From an uncultured Verrucomicrobiota bacterium (GTDB lineage Bacteria > Verrucomicrobiota > Kiritimatiellia > RZYC01 > CAZAYP01): a stretch of 64,000 nt of DNA. The translations under genes and the position numbers were made by a program. The stretch spans positions 24,956-88,955 of the forward strand of contig CAZAYP010000004.1 in assembly GCA_964489425.1 (NCBI GenBank), written 5' to 3'. Under the pieces are notes generated by a model. It worked only from the letters and a program-made list of their open reading frames with translations. It had not been told where the DNA came from and ran no database searches. Positions 18,466 to 28,394 of this stretch are shown here, in pieces; positions within the stretch are counted from its first letter, which is position 1, and every line of letters starts with the position of its first letter.

Positions 18466-18857
18466 TCGATAGCAGCGTTTTAATCGACATCGAGAGATCC
18501 GGCGCGGATATATCCAAGTACATTCGGGGCCACGAAGAAGAAGATACGTTTCTCTCCGTTGTTTCCGCCAGTGAGTTGCTCCATGGAGTACACCGGGCAA
18601 CAGATGCCAAAACCAAAGCGAAGCGGCTGGCTTTCGTCGAGGGCGTGCTGGCGGCCATTCCCGTCCTCGCGATTGATTTGGCTACCGCGCGATCTCACGC
18701 GCGGTTGTGGGCCGCACTGGCCAGGCAAGGCAAGATGATCGGCGTTCACGATTCATGGTTGGCCGCGACTTGCATTGCGCATGGGCTGCGGCTCGCCACG
18801 AGCAACCTCCGAGAGTTCAAGCGAGTGCCAGGCCTGGACCTGGAGCAGTGGCAGTAG
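18453..18857 (+). CDS. vapC: Type II toxin, PIN-domain ribonuclease (VapC-like)
   Basis: 134 aa. N-terminal ILIDSSVLID (first acidic residue), conserved later acidic positions, about 130 aa length, 13-nt overlap with the antitoxin gene. Confidence 0.75.
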   Translation: MGILIDSSVLIDIERSGADISKYIRGHEEEDTFLSVVSASELLHGVHRATDAKTKAKRLAFVEGVLAAIPVLAIDLATARSHARLWAALARQGKMIGVHDSWLAATCIAHGLRLATSNLREFKRVPGLDLEQWQ

Positions 18858-18933
18858 ACGGCGCCACCCTACCCGTCTTGCGTTGGGACACCACGGTAGC
18901 CGGCTGGGCGGCTACACGCCTGGTTCATCGGCG

Positions 18934-20385
18934 CTAACGCCCGATCTCGCGCAGCGGTTTTCCGGCCAGCAAATTGGCTTCGATCTTCTCGAGCGACACG
19001 CCCTTGGTCTCCGGCGCGAACTTGATGAAGAAGACGATGAAGGCCACCTCGATCAGCCCGTACAGCAGGAAGGTGTTGCCGTGGCCGAAACCTTCCAGCA
19101 ACGACAGGAAGGTCACGCCGACAATGCCGTTCACGATCCAGTTGGTGCAGGTGGAGACGGTAACGCCCAGGTCACGGCCGGACAGGGGATAGATTTCCGA
19201 GCACATCACCCAGATAATCGGGCCGGCGCTGGCCGCGAAACCCACGATGAAAAGCAACAAGGCCGCAATCGCCACGAACGACAAGCTGGCCAGTTGCGGG
19301 GAGACATCGTTCGGGTCCGGAGTCAGGGCGGCATGATGTTCCAGACCGGCGTAGAAGCACAGCGCCACCGAGACCATGGCCAGGCCCATGACCACGAACC
19401 CGCCGTACATGATCGGCTTGCGTCCGACCCGGTCCACGAAGGCGATGGCGATGAAGGTTGCCAGGACATTGATGCAGCCTACCAGGACCGTGCCCCACAT
19501 CTGCTCGGCATGGGTGCCGAAGCCGGCAATCTCGAAGATCTTGGGCGCGTAATACATCACCACGTTGATGCCCGTGAGCTGCTGGATCACCTGCAAGGCA
19601 ATGCCCAGGAAAATGGCGTGACGGAAGAACTTGTTCTGCCGGAAGAGCTGGATGCCGTTTTGCTTCATGGCCAGGCTCTGCTCGATCTCGGCCACTTCCT
19701 CGGCGATTTCCTGCTCCGTGTTGCGCACGGTCTTCAGCACGTCGCCGGCCCGTTGCTTGAACCCCTTGAGGATCAGCCAGCGCGGGCTTTCGGGCAGGAA
19801 ATAGATGGCGATGAACATGACGGTGGCCGGCACCACCAGGACGCCGAGCATCAGGCGCCAGTGGCCGCCGAGGACCTGGTTGATCCGGCAGTAGGTCGAG
19901 AAATACGTGTCGCTCAGGAACGCCATGACGATGCCGATGGTGATCAGCAACTGGTACATGCTGATCAGCATGCCGCGCACTGATTTCGGGGCGATTTCGG
20001 AGAGATAAAGCGGCGCAGTGAACGATGCCATGCCCACCGCCACGCCCAGGACCAGCCGCAGGGCGATGAGGATGCTGGGATTGGGCGCGATGGCGCAACC
20101 CAGCGACCCGCCGGCGAAAATGATCGCCGAGATCAGCATGGTCCGCCGCCGGCCAAGGTAGTTGGTGAAGAAGCCGCTGACCAGCGCGCCCAGGGTCGCG
20201 CCCCACAGCAGGGCCGCCACGATTTCCTCGCGCACCACCGTGCCTACCGCGAAGTCGTCCCCAATAAACGGCAGGGCTCCGGAAATGACGCCGATATCCA
20301 GCCCGAACAGCAAACCCGCCAGGGCGGCGGTCATGCCAACGATATAAACCATGGGTTTGTGCCTGCCGACGGATTCTGCCTGCAT
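18934..20385 (-). CDS. MFS sugar porter family transporter (sugar:H+ symporter)
   Basis: 12 TM. Sugar-porter signatures (GRRRTMLISA, PESPRWL, PETKGVSLEKIE). Start at MQAESVG (ATG at 20385). Confidence 0.85.
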   Translation of the reverse strand: MQAESVGRHKPMVYIVGMTAALAGLLFGLDIGVISGALPFIGDDFAVGTVVREEIVAALLWGATLGALVSGFFTNYLGRRRTMLISAIIFAGGSLGCAIAPNPSILIALRLVLGVAVGMASFTAPLYLSEIAPKSVRGMLISMYQLLITIGIVMAFLSDTYFSTYCRINQVLGGHWRLMLGVLVVPATVMFIAIYFLPESPRWLILKGFKQRAGDVLKTVRNTEQEIAEEVAEIEQSLAMKQNGIQLFRQNKFFRHAIFLGIALQVIQQLTGINVVMYYAPKIFEIAGFGTHAEQMWGTVLVGCINVLATFIAIAFVDRVGRKPIMYGGFVVMGLAMVSVALCFYAGLEHHAALTPDPNDVSPQLASLSFVAIAALLLFIVGFAASAGPIIWVMCSEIYPLSGRDLGVTVSTCTNWIVNGIVGVTFLSLLEGFGHGNTFLLYGLIEVAFIVFFIKFAPETKGVSLEKIEANLLAGKPLREIGR

Positions 20386-20437
20386 GCCAACAGCTCCTTT
20401 TTGACGGTTTATCTTGCCACACGCCACACAGGAAATG

Positions 20438-21340
20438 TCACCATAGCGGCGACGGGTACTGCCTGTCCAGCACCATGTCACGGATGCCGGCCATGACGGC
20501 GGCCTTGTCTTCCGGATAGGTCACGCCCAGCCACTTCGCACTTGTGGCCAGGACCCGCACCCGCGCCGCGCCACATCGAATGGCCGCAGCCACGACCGAT
20601 GGCAATTGGAACTCGGCCTTGAGATGGTTCCCGGACCCGGCCAGAAAGCCCTTGAATTCTTGTTCCAGCACCGGGAACAGGGTTGGGGTGAAACCCCAGC
20701 AGTTCATGGATACCGGCGTATCCGCCGGCAGTTCCAGGACGCGCCCCTCCTCCACACACCGGGCCCCGCCCCCGCTCTTCTCGACCTGCTGCCGCTCCAC
20801 AATGGCGTCCAGGCTGCCGTCCGCGGCCATGTGGCATACGCCCCGCGAAACCTGTCCGTTGTCCGACAAGGTATTGGCGATGCGGAACCCGACCATGCAG
20901 TAGTCGGTAGCGGTGGCGGACAACCCAGCCAGATGGCCGGCCAGCGCCCGGAACGATTCAGCGCCGTAGAAGTCGTCCGCATTAATCACCGCGAACGGCT
21001 CGTGCACCGCGGTGCGCGCCGCGTAGACGGCATGGGCCGTGCCCCACGGTTTGGCGCGCTCCGCCGGCACGGCATACCCGGCCGGAACATCCGCGAGTTG
21101 CTGGAACACGCATTGCCATCCAGCGGCCCGCGCTGCCCAGCGCGCGGCGACCGACGCCGTGAACGCATCGGCAAAATCCTTCCGGATCACGAACACCACC
21201 TTGCCAAACCCCGCCCGCAGCGCATCAAAAATGGAGTAATCCATCACGATTTCGCCGGCCGGCCCCACCGGCTCCACCTGCTTCAGGCCACCATACCGGC
21301 TGCCCATGCCCGCGGCCATGATGACTAGGGTGGGCTTCAT
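20438..21340 (-). CDS. Sugar-phosphate nucleotidyltransferase (NTP_transferase family)
   Basis: MKPTLVIMAAGMGSRYGG... is the G-x-G-x-R nucleotidyltransferase N-terminal motif. Start at the internal Met (ATG at 21340). Confidence 0.65.
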   Translation of the reverse strand: MKPTLVIMAAGMGSRYGGLKQVEPVGPAGEIVMDYSIFDALRAGFGKVVFVIRKDFADAFTASVAARWAARAAGWQCVFQQLADVPAGYAVPAERAKPWGTAHAVYAARTAVHEPFAVINADDFYGAESFRALAGHLAGLSATATDYCMVGFRIANTLSDNGQVSRGVCHMAADGSLDAIVERQQVEKSGGGARCVEEGRVLELPADTPVSMNCWGFTPTLFPVLEQEFKGFLAGSGNHLKAEFQLPSVVAAAIRCGAARVRVLATSAKWLGVTYPEDKAAVMAGIRDMVLDRQYPSPLW

Positions 21341-21401
21341 CCGGGGAAGCTCCGGCCGGGCAGGCAGCGCGCGGGATGGTCGTGGCGGGTCATGACAAAT
21401 C

Positions 21402-24400
21402 TCAGACGGGTGCCGGTTCGGGCACCGCCTGAGCCACGGGCGCCGCCATGGCGGCCGGTTCCGGCGGCGGAGATTTCGCCCGGCTTTCATGGTCGGAGAA
21501 CTTCACGGAGACGATCTTCGACACCCCATGCTTCTCCATGGTCACGCCGTAGAGCACGTCGGCCGCGCTGATCGTCTGGCGGTTGTGGGTGATGACGATG
21601 AACTGCGAGCTGGCCAGGAAATCCTTCACCGACTGGACAAAGCGCCCGATGTTGGACTCGTCCAAGGCGGCATCCAGCTCGTCCAGCAAACAGAACGGGC
21701 TGGGCTTGACCTGGTACAGCGAAAACAGCAGCGCCACGGCGGTCAGCGTCCGTTCGCCGCCGGAGAGCAGCGACACGGACTGCAGCTTCTTGCCCGGGGG
21801 CCGGGCAATGATCTCGATGCCGGTTTCCAGCACATCCTCCTCGTCCACCAGCACCAGCTTGGCCGATCCCCCGCCGAAGAGCTTCTTGAACATCTCCTGG
21901 AAGTTGTCGTTCACCTTGCGGAAGGTCTCGGAAAAGAGCTCCGTGGTGGTGCGGTTGATTTTCTTGATCATCTCCATGAGCTGGTTCTTGGCCCTGACCA
22001 GGTCATCCTGCTGCTGGGTGAGGAAAGCGTAACGCTCCTCGAGTTCCTTGTACTCCTCGATCGCCACGAGGTTGACCGGGCCCATGGACTCCAGCTTGGC
22101 GCGCAGTTCGGCAATCAGCGTGTCCAGGGTTTCGCGGTCCGGCCGGGCCTCGGCCTCCCAGGCGGGCTCCGGCTCGCGGGCCACCTGCTCGATCGTGATT
22201 TTGTAATCACCGGTGACGCGCTCGACCAGCGTCTGGCGCCGCATGCGATGCTCGGCCACGCTGATCTCCAGCTCTGACTTCCGCGTGCGGACCTGCTCCA
22301 GCGCCGCGCGTTTCTGGCGCAGCACGCCTTCCCGGGCCGTGAGATCGCGGGCCTGGGTTTCGCGGGCCTGGTGCCCGGCGTCCACCTCGGCCTGGCGTTC
22401 GGTCACGTTGTGCTCCAACGGCGCCACGCGCGCCGCGGCCTCCGTGTTCGCCTGCTCCAGCGCGGCAATGCGCTGGGCATAGGACGAGAGGCCTTTCTGG
22501 CGCTCCTGGATCTGCTGCTGCAGGGATGTCATCTGGGCCACCAGGGGCTCGCGGGTCGCCGTCAAATGGGCCAGGGCCTGGCGGCACTCCGAATCCCGGA
22601 TCCGGCAGTCGGTCAGCTCGTTTTGCAGCCGGCTGCGCTGCCGCTCCATGACGGCCAGTTCGTCGTTCTGGCGCTGGCTCAAGGTGCGCACCTCGGCCTG
22701 GCGGTCGCGCGCCGCGTCCAGCGTGGCAATGATTTCATGGCGCCGGCGCTCGCCGGACCCGGCCTGCGACGCCAGCTCCTGGAGCTCCCACTCCACGGTT
22801 TCGCACCGTTCGCGCGCCTGGCGCGCTTCCTGGGCGATGACCCGGCACTCGCCTTCGTGGATCGCCAACGCCTGCTGTTTTTCGGCCTGCACAGCCTGGG
22901 CAGCGGCCACCTCCTGCTCACAGCGCTGCCCGGTTTCGCGGAGGCGGTTGACCTCTTCCTGGCATTGCTGCGCCCGGGCCTCCAGGGCATCCCACTCGTG
23001 CTGCTGGGCCGCGATCAGGTGCTTGCGCGACAGCGGATTGGCGTCCTGCGCCCCCCCCGCCCAGATCTCGGCCGCGCCATGGGCGTGCCAGACCGCGCCA
23101 TCCTGCGAGACCACGGTCCATCCGGCCGGCACGGCCTCGGGCAGGTCGGCCACTGCCGCCACTACGCGCGTGCAGCCAAGAACCCGGGCCATGAGCGGCC
23201 GCAAGTCGTCGGCGCAGGTCACGTGGTCCAGCAGGGCCGCGCCCACCGCGCACTGGCTTTGCGGTTCGGCCGCCGCCGGACAGGTCTCCGCCAGCAGGCG
23301 GGCGGCGCCGGCTTGCCGGCTTTGCAGCAGGGCCAGGGCCTGGCGCGCCGCCGCCGGGTCCTTGACAATCACGGCATCCAGCCAGGACCGCAGGGCGGCT
23401 TCCAGCGCCAGCTGGTAGCCGGGCGCGGCCTCGATCCGGTCGGCCAGCGCGCCGCGCACGGCATCCGCCGGCAAGTCCGCGCCGGCCGCCCCGCGCAGCA
23501 GGAACCGGGCGCCGCCGGGGAACGGATCCTCTTCCGCCTGCTGCTGCTTCAACAGATCGATCTGGCCGCGCTTGGCCGCGGACTTGTTTTGCGCCTCGAC
23601 CTGCCGCCGCACGGCCGCGGCCTGCGCCTCGGCGCTGGCCCGCAAGGCCTGGCGCGCGGCGTCCACGGCCGCGGCGGCGGCGGCGGCCGCCGCCTTGAGG
23701 TCGGCCTGGCGCGCCGCAGACTCTTCCTGGCGGCTGGTGAACGCATCCACCATGCGCTTGAGCTCGCCCTGTTCGGCCAGCAGCTTCTCGCGCTTGACGA
23801 TGGCGCTGCGCTCGCGGTTTTCAAGTTCGGCAAGTTCCGTCTGTTGATGGGCGCGGCGGTTGTCGAGCTCGAACAGCTCGGTGCGCAGCGCTTCCAGGGC
23901 CGTGCGGGCCTGGTCCACGGTTTTCTCATAGTCGGCCGCCGCCGCGGCCTTGGTCTTCAACGCCTGGTCCGCGGACTCCCGGGCATCGCGGGCGGCGACC
24001 AGCTTGGCATCCAGCGCGGTGAGGTTGGCGCGGTGCTCCTCCACGCGCGTTTCCATGGCGCTGGCGTCGCGCGAGTCGCGCTCGGAAAATGAATGCTGCT
24101 CGGCGATGCGCTCCTGGTTCACCTTCAACGTCTGGCGCGTGCGCTCCAGCTCGGCGCGCGCCTCGTTGACCGCCTGGCGCACCGCCTCCATCTGCTGGTC
24201 CAGGCCGGCCAGGCTTTCGCGGGCGGCGGCGATGCCCTGTTCATCCTGGGCGATGTCGGCGTGCAGCGCCTCGTGCTGCTCGTTGACCCCGGCCAGCTGG
24301 GTGTCCAGTTGGCGGATGTGCTCATCCATATCCCCCAGGCGCTCGCGCGAGCAGTACAAGTCCAGCGCGCGCAGCCGCGTCTGGATTTCCTGGTAGCGCT

Positions 24401-25037
24401 TGGCTTTGCCGGCCTGGCGCTGGAGGGAGATGATCTGGCGCTTCACCTCGCGGATGATATCGTCCAGCCGCAGCAGGTTGGCCTCGGTGTGCTCCAGCTT
24501 GCGGATGGCTTCTTTCTTGTCCGCCTTGAACTTGGTGATGCCGCTGGCTTCTTCAAACACTTCGCGCCGGTCCTCGGGCCGCGAGCTCAGGATGCGGTCG
24601 ATCTTCCCCTGCTCCATCACCGAGTAGGAATCCGTGCCAATGCCGGTGTCCATGAACAAGCGCTGGATATCTTTCAGCCGGCACGGCGTGCGGTTGATGA
24701 AATACTGGCCCTCGCCGGAGCGGAACACGCGGCGCGTCACCGTGACCTCGTGATAGTCCGTGCCCAGCGCCGCCTCGCAGTCCGCCATCGTCAGGCTGAC
24801 CTCGGCGAGCCCCATGGGCTTGGTGTCGTCGGTGCCGTTGAAAATGCAGTCCGTCATGCTGCCGCCGCGCAACGCCTTGGAACTTTGCTCGCCCAGCACC
24901 CAGCGGATGGCGTCCGATATATTGCTTTTGCCGCACCCGTTGGGGCCGACAATAGCGGTCATGCCAGGCTCAAAATCCAAGCGGGTTTTGTTGGCAAAAC
25001 TCTTGAAACCGACCAGTTCCAAATGTTTCAGATACAC
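21402..25037 (-). CDS. smc: Chromosome segregation protein SMC
   Basis: 1211 aa. N-terminal Walker A GPNGCGKSN, long coiled coils, hinge, C-terminal signature LSGGE and Walker B DE. Confidence 0.95.
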   Translation of the reverse strand: MYLKHLELVGFKSFANKTRLDFEPGMTAIVGPNGCGKSNISDAIRWVLGEQSSKALRGGSMTDCIFNGTDDTKPMGLAEVSLTMADCEAALGTDYHEVTVTRRVFRSGEGQYFINRTPCRLKDIQRLFMDTGIGTDSYSVMEQGKIDRILSSRPEDRREVFEEASGITKFKADKKEAIRKLEHTEANLLRLDDIIREVKRQIISLQRQAGKAKRYQEIQTRLRALDLYCSRERLGDMDEHIRQLDTQLAGVNEQHEALHADIAQDEQGIAAARESLAGLDQQMEAVRQAVNEARAELERTRQTLKVNQERIAEQHSFSERDSRDASAMETRVEEHRANLTALDAKLVAARDARESADQALKTKAAAAADYEKTVDQARTALEALRTELFELDNRRAHQQTELAELENRERSAIVKREKLLAEQGELKRMVDAFTSRQEESAARQADLKAAAAAAAAAVDAARQALRASAEAQAAAVRRQVEAQNKSAAKRGQIDLLKQQQAEEDPFPGGARFLLRGAAGADLPADAVRGALADRIEAAPGYQLALEAALRSWLDAVIVKDPAAARQALALLQSRQAGAARLLAETCPAAAEPQSQCAVGAALLDHVTCADDLRPLMARVLGCTRVVAAVADLPEAVPAGWTVVSQDGAVWHAHGAAEIWAGGAQDANPLSRKHLIAAQQHEWDALEARAQQCQEEVNRLRETGQRCEQEVAAAQAVQAEKQQALAIHEGECRVIAQEARQARERCETVEWELQELASQAGSGERRRHEIIATLDAARDRQAEVRTLSQRQNDELAVMERQRSRLQNELTDCRIRDSECRQALAHLTATREPLVAQMTSLQQQIQERQKGLSSYAQRIAALEQANTEAAARVAPLEHNVTERQAEVDAGHQARETQARDLTAREGVLRQKRAALEQVRTRKSELEISVAEHRMRRQTLVERVTGDYKITIEQVAREPEPAWEAEARPDRETLDTLIAELRAKLESMGPVNLVAIEEYKELEERYAFLTQQQDDLVRAKNQLMEMIKKINRTTTELFSETFRKVNDNFQEMFKKLFGGGSAKLVLVDEEDVLETGIEIIARPPGKKLQSVSLLSGGERTLTAVALLFSLYQVKPSPFCLLDELDAALDESNIGRFVQSVKDFLASSQFIVITHNRQTISAADVLYGVTMEKHGVSKIVSVKFSDHESRAKSPPPEPAAMAAPVAQAVPEPAPV

Positions 25038-25211
25038 CCTAAGGTCCTCCTAATTTTCAAGTTTTTCACTATATCCAGTAGCGGCGCCAGGAGGCAAACA
25101 CAATATGTAGTTTTTTGCAAAAAATGGTTGGGGCGCTGTTTTTCATGTCGATCTCCCGGCTCGGACGTGGTAATCATGATAGATGGAACTTTATAGGATG
25201 CAGGATGTTAA

Positions 25212-26177
25212 ATGACTGAAAGCAAGCTGGTCTCCATCGTGGTCCCGTTCCTGAACGAGGAAGCCAATCTCCCGCTCTTGTACGACCGCCTCGTCGCGGC
25301 CCTGGGCCATGGTCCCGAGCGCCTGGAAATGCTTTTCGTGGACGATGGCAGCAGTGACGGATCCGTGCCGTGGCTCAAGGCGCGCGCGGCCGAGGATCCC
25401 CGGGTCAAGCTGCTGCGGCTGTCGCGGAACTTTGGCCACCAACTGGCGATCACGGCCGGGTTGGATTACGCCGGCGGCGACGCGGTAATCATCATGGACG
25501 CGGACCTGCAGGATCCGCCCGAGGTCACGCCTGAACTGCTGGCCCAGTGGCGCAACGGCTTCGAGATCGTTTACGCCGTGCGCCGGTCGCGCGAAGGCGA
25601 GACGTGGATCAAAAAAATGCTGGCCGCCGGCTTCTACCGGATCTTCCACCGGATCACCAAGGTCAACATGCCCATGAACGCCGGCGATTTCCGCCTGCTG
25701 GACCGGCGCGTGGTGCGGGCCATGCGCCAGGTGCGCGAGACGCACCGCTTCATGCGCGGCCTGACCTGCTGGACCGGGTTCGCGCAAACCGCAGTGCACT
25801 ATGACCGGGCCGCCCGGCACAGCGGGGTCACCAAGTACCCCACGTGGAAGTCCGCCCAGCTCGCCTGGGACGCGATCACTTCATTTTCCGGAACCCCGCT
25901 GCGTTGGGTCACGGGCCTGGGCATCCTCATCGCCTTGCTGGGCGTGGCCAAGGCGGTGGAGATCGTGGTGCAAAAGATTGTCAACCCGGACGGCTTCGTG
26001 GCCGGCTGGACCACCACGGTATGTTTTGTCCTGGTGATCGGCGGCCTGCAACTCCTGTGCCTCGGCCTGATCGGCCAGTACGTCAGCCGGGTTTTCGAGG
26101 AAACCAAGAAACGGCCGCTGTATTTTGTGCGCGAAACCGTTGGGGAGTTGAACGGTCCGCCGGATACGGGCTGGTAA
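25212..26177 (+). CDS. GT2 polyprenol-phosphate glycosyltransferase (ArnC/GtrB/dolichol-phosphate-mannose-synthase-like)
   Basis: VSIVVPFLNEE, DDGSSDGS, DADLQDPPE (DXD) motifs and two C-terminal TM helices, the usual GtrB/ArnC topology. Confidence 0.85.
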   Translation: MTESKLVSIVVPFLNEEANLPLLYDRLVAALGHGPERLEMLFVDDGSSDGSVPWLKARAAEDPRVKLLRLSRNFGHQLAITAGLDYAGGDAVIIMDADLQDPPEVTPELLAQWRNGFEIVYAVRRSREGETWIKKMLAAGFYRIFHRITKVNMPMNAGDFRLLDRRVVRAMRQVRETHRFMRGLTCWTGFAQTAVHYDRAARHSGVTKYPTWKSAQLAWDAITSFSGTPLRWVTGLGILIALLGVAKAVEIVVQKIVNPDGFVAGWTTTVCFVLVIGGLQLLCLGLIGQYVSRVFEETKKRPLYFVRETVGELNGPPDTGW

Positions 26178-26224
26178 GGCCCGCGAAACACAAGCGCTCG
26201 ACTCAGAGCCAACAGGAGATGCCC

Positions 26225-27451
26225 ATGAAGCGCGGGTTGATGACGTGGGGGTTGTGCAGCTTGGCCGCGCTGCCGTTGCGCGCGCAGGATACCAACGTGG
26301 CGGTGTTGCCCAACGCCGTGGCCGCGGAGACGCAGGTGAGCGAGTCGCTGCAGCGCGAGGCGCTGGCGGCGGTGGACCGGGGCATCGCCTGGCTGATCGC
26401 CAAGCAGGACCCGGCGGGATACTGGTCCAACGCCGAGTTCCCGGCCTTGACCGCCCTGCCCCTCTGGGCGCTGCTCAAGGCCCATGCCGGCGACAGCAAC
26501 CGCATCCAGCAAGCCGTGGGCGTGCTCCTGTCCTGTGCGCACACCAACGGCGCCATCTTCCGCGAGCCCACCGCGGCCCGCAAGGGCGGCGGCTTGCCCA
26601 ACTACAACACGGCGGTATGCATGGTGGCGCTGAACGCCACGGGCGACCCGGCGCTTGCGCCCGTGATCCGCGCCGCGCGCGCGTACCTGGCGCGCAGCCA
26701 GCTCATCAGCGATACCGTATACAGCGGCGGCATGGGGTATGACCCCGAGACCGGCCGCGACTACACGGACCTCTCCAACTCCTACATGGCGTATGAAGCC
26801 ATGCGCCTGACCGGCAACGTGGACCAGGATCAACCCGCCGCGGAGCGCCATGACCTTAATTGGGAAGCCGCCCGCGGCTTTATCCAGCGCACGCAGAATG
26901 ACCCGGACTTCAACAAACAGGCCTGGGTATCCGACGACCCCGCCGAGAAGGGCGGCTTCGTGTACCACCCCGAGCAGACCCGGTCCGGCGCCTACACCAA
27001 TGCGGACGGGGTGGTCAAGTTTCGCTCCATGCGCGGCATGACCTATGCCGGGCTGCTCAGCTACATTTACGCCGAGGTCCAGCGGGATGACCCGCGCATT
27101 CAGGCCACGATCCGGTGGATCGTGGATCACTGGACCCTGGACGCCAACAACCGCGCCGGCGCCGACTCCATGACCGCGGACGACAAGGAAGGCCTGTACT
27201 ACCTCTATAACGTCATGGCCAAGGGCATGGCCGCCTACGGCCAGGACGTGTTCACCGCGCGCGACGGCCGCGCGTTCAACTGGCGCGTGGAACTGATCGA
27301 ACGGTTGCTGGCGTTGCAGAAAATCGACGATCAGGGCCGCGGTTACTGGGTGAACGAGGTCAGCCGTTACTGGGAAGGCGACCCTGTGCTGGTCACGGCC
27401 TATTCCCTCCTGGCGCTGGAAGTGGCGCTGCAGGACACGCCGTCACGGTAG
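26225..27451 (+). CDS. Secreted prenyltransferase/squalene-oxidase-repeat (terpenoid-cyclase-like alpha/alpha toroid) protein
   Basis: Signal peptide MKRGLMTWGLCSLAALPLRA. Repeated QW-like aromatic motifs (GYW, GGF, GYWVN). The ORF-track start at 25844 adds an implausible N-terminus. Confidence 0.5.
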   Translation: MKRGLMTWGLCSLAALPLRAQDTNVAVLPNAVAAETQVSESLQREALAAVDRGIAWLIAKQDPAGYWSNAEFPALTALPLWALLKAHAGDSNRIQQAVGVLLSCAHTNGAIFREPTAARKGGGLPNYNTAVCMVALNATGDPALAPVIRAARAYLARSQLISDTVYSGGMGYDPETGRDYTDLSNSYMAYEAMRLTGNVDQDQPAAERHDLNWEAARGFIQRTQNDPDFNKQAWVSDDPAEKGGFVYHPEQTRSGAYTNADGVVKFRSMRGMTYAGLLSYIYAEVQRDDPRIQATIRWIVDHWTLDANNRAGADSMTADDKEGLYYLYNVMAKGMAAYGQDVFTARDGRAFNWRVELIERLLALQKIDDQGRGYWVNEVSRYWEGDPVLVTAYSLLALEVALQDTPSR

Positions 27452-27465
27452 GGTGTCGCGCGCGC

Positions 27466-28269
27466 TCACGGTTTGCGGGCAATGAACATGGCCTGGATCA
27501 GGGCGCCGCGGTTGGCCAGGTGCCGCAAGAACTGCATCTCGTAAAGAAAATTGCGCCACGCCTCGGCGTCCTGGCCCAGGATGTCCAGCGCATCCGCCGA
27601 CACTTGCAGGGCCAGCAAGTTATAGTACAAATCCATGAACGGCGACAGCCGCCCCGTGTCCGTGGCCAGGATCACATCGCAGCCCCGCTGTTCCAGTTCC
27701 TCGCAGTAGACCGCCACGTCCGGGACCACCGGATAATTCATGAACACGCACAGGCGGCGCGCTTCCAGCGGCTCCAGTTCCACGCGGCCCAGCACCCAGT
27801 CCGTGAACGCCACCACGCCGCCCGGCCGGATCACGCGCAGCGCCTCGCGCACCACGGCCACATGGCTGGCTGCACGGCCCCAGGCATCCTCGCCCCAGAC
27901 AAAATCCGCCCCGCCATCCGGCAGCGTGGTGGCGGTCATGTCCGCCGGAACCAGGCGGACCCGGTCTTCCAGGCCTGCCTGCCGGCACGCCGCCTCGCCG
28001 CGCTCCACGACCCCGACCGAGCAATCCACCCCGGTCATGGTGGCAGCGCCGCGACACCGCACCAGGTACCGCATGCTTTCGCCCAGGCCGCACCCAAGGT
28101 CCACGCCATGCAACCCCGGCCGGAGATTCGCCTCGTCGGCCAACTCCTCGGTGGCGACCTGGCCACCGAGATGCGTCATGCTACCCATCACCAGTTCCCA
28201 CAAGCGGCCCACGGCGGGATCCGGCGAATCGGCGGGTGGCAGGACGGGTTGTGAGGTCGCATCCATGGT
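27466..28269 (-). CDS. Class I SAM-dependent methyltransferase
   Basis: Motif I VDLGCGLGESMRYL, post-I acidic residue, motif II/III region. Confidence 0.6.
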   Translation of the reverse strand, partial: TMDATSQPVLPPADSPDPAVGRLWELVMGSMTHLGGQVATEELADEANLRPGLHGVDLGCGLGESMRYLVRCRGAATMTGVDCSVGVVERGEAACRQAGLEDRVRLVPADMTATTLPDGGADFVWGEDAWGRAASHVAVVREALRVIRPGGVVAFTDWVLGRVELEPLEARRLCVFMNYPVVPDVAVYCEELEQRGCDVILATDTGRLSPFMDLYYNLLALQVSADALDILGQDAEAWRNFLYEMQFLRHLANRGALIQAMFIARKP

Positions 28270-28394
28270 TGCTGGTAGCCCGCGTTTATAAGGGGCCGGC
28301 GGACACCTGTCAAGGACCGGATTTGACCTTGGCAACGCCGGCCCGGCCATGCTCTAATCGGGTCCATGCAACCGGTTGCTCCAAGGAGGCTGCC

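Noticed and set aside
18775-19983. 402-aa plus-strand ORF overlapping the VapC end and the MFS transporter gene
   Set aside because: Antisense to a clear 12-TM sugar porter; low-complexity D/H/G-rich translation.
21489-24092. Plus-strand ORFs of 262, 573 and 256 aa antisense to smc
   Set aside because: Low-complexity translations; smc on the minus strand is full-length and conserved.
25844-26224. N-terminal 127-aa extension of the prenyltransferase-repeat ORF
   Set aside because: The extension is Arg/Gly-rich and overlaps the GT2 gene end. A Met with RBS spacing and a typical signal peptide begins at 26225.
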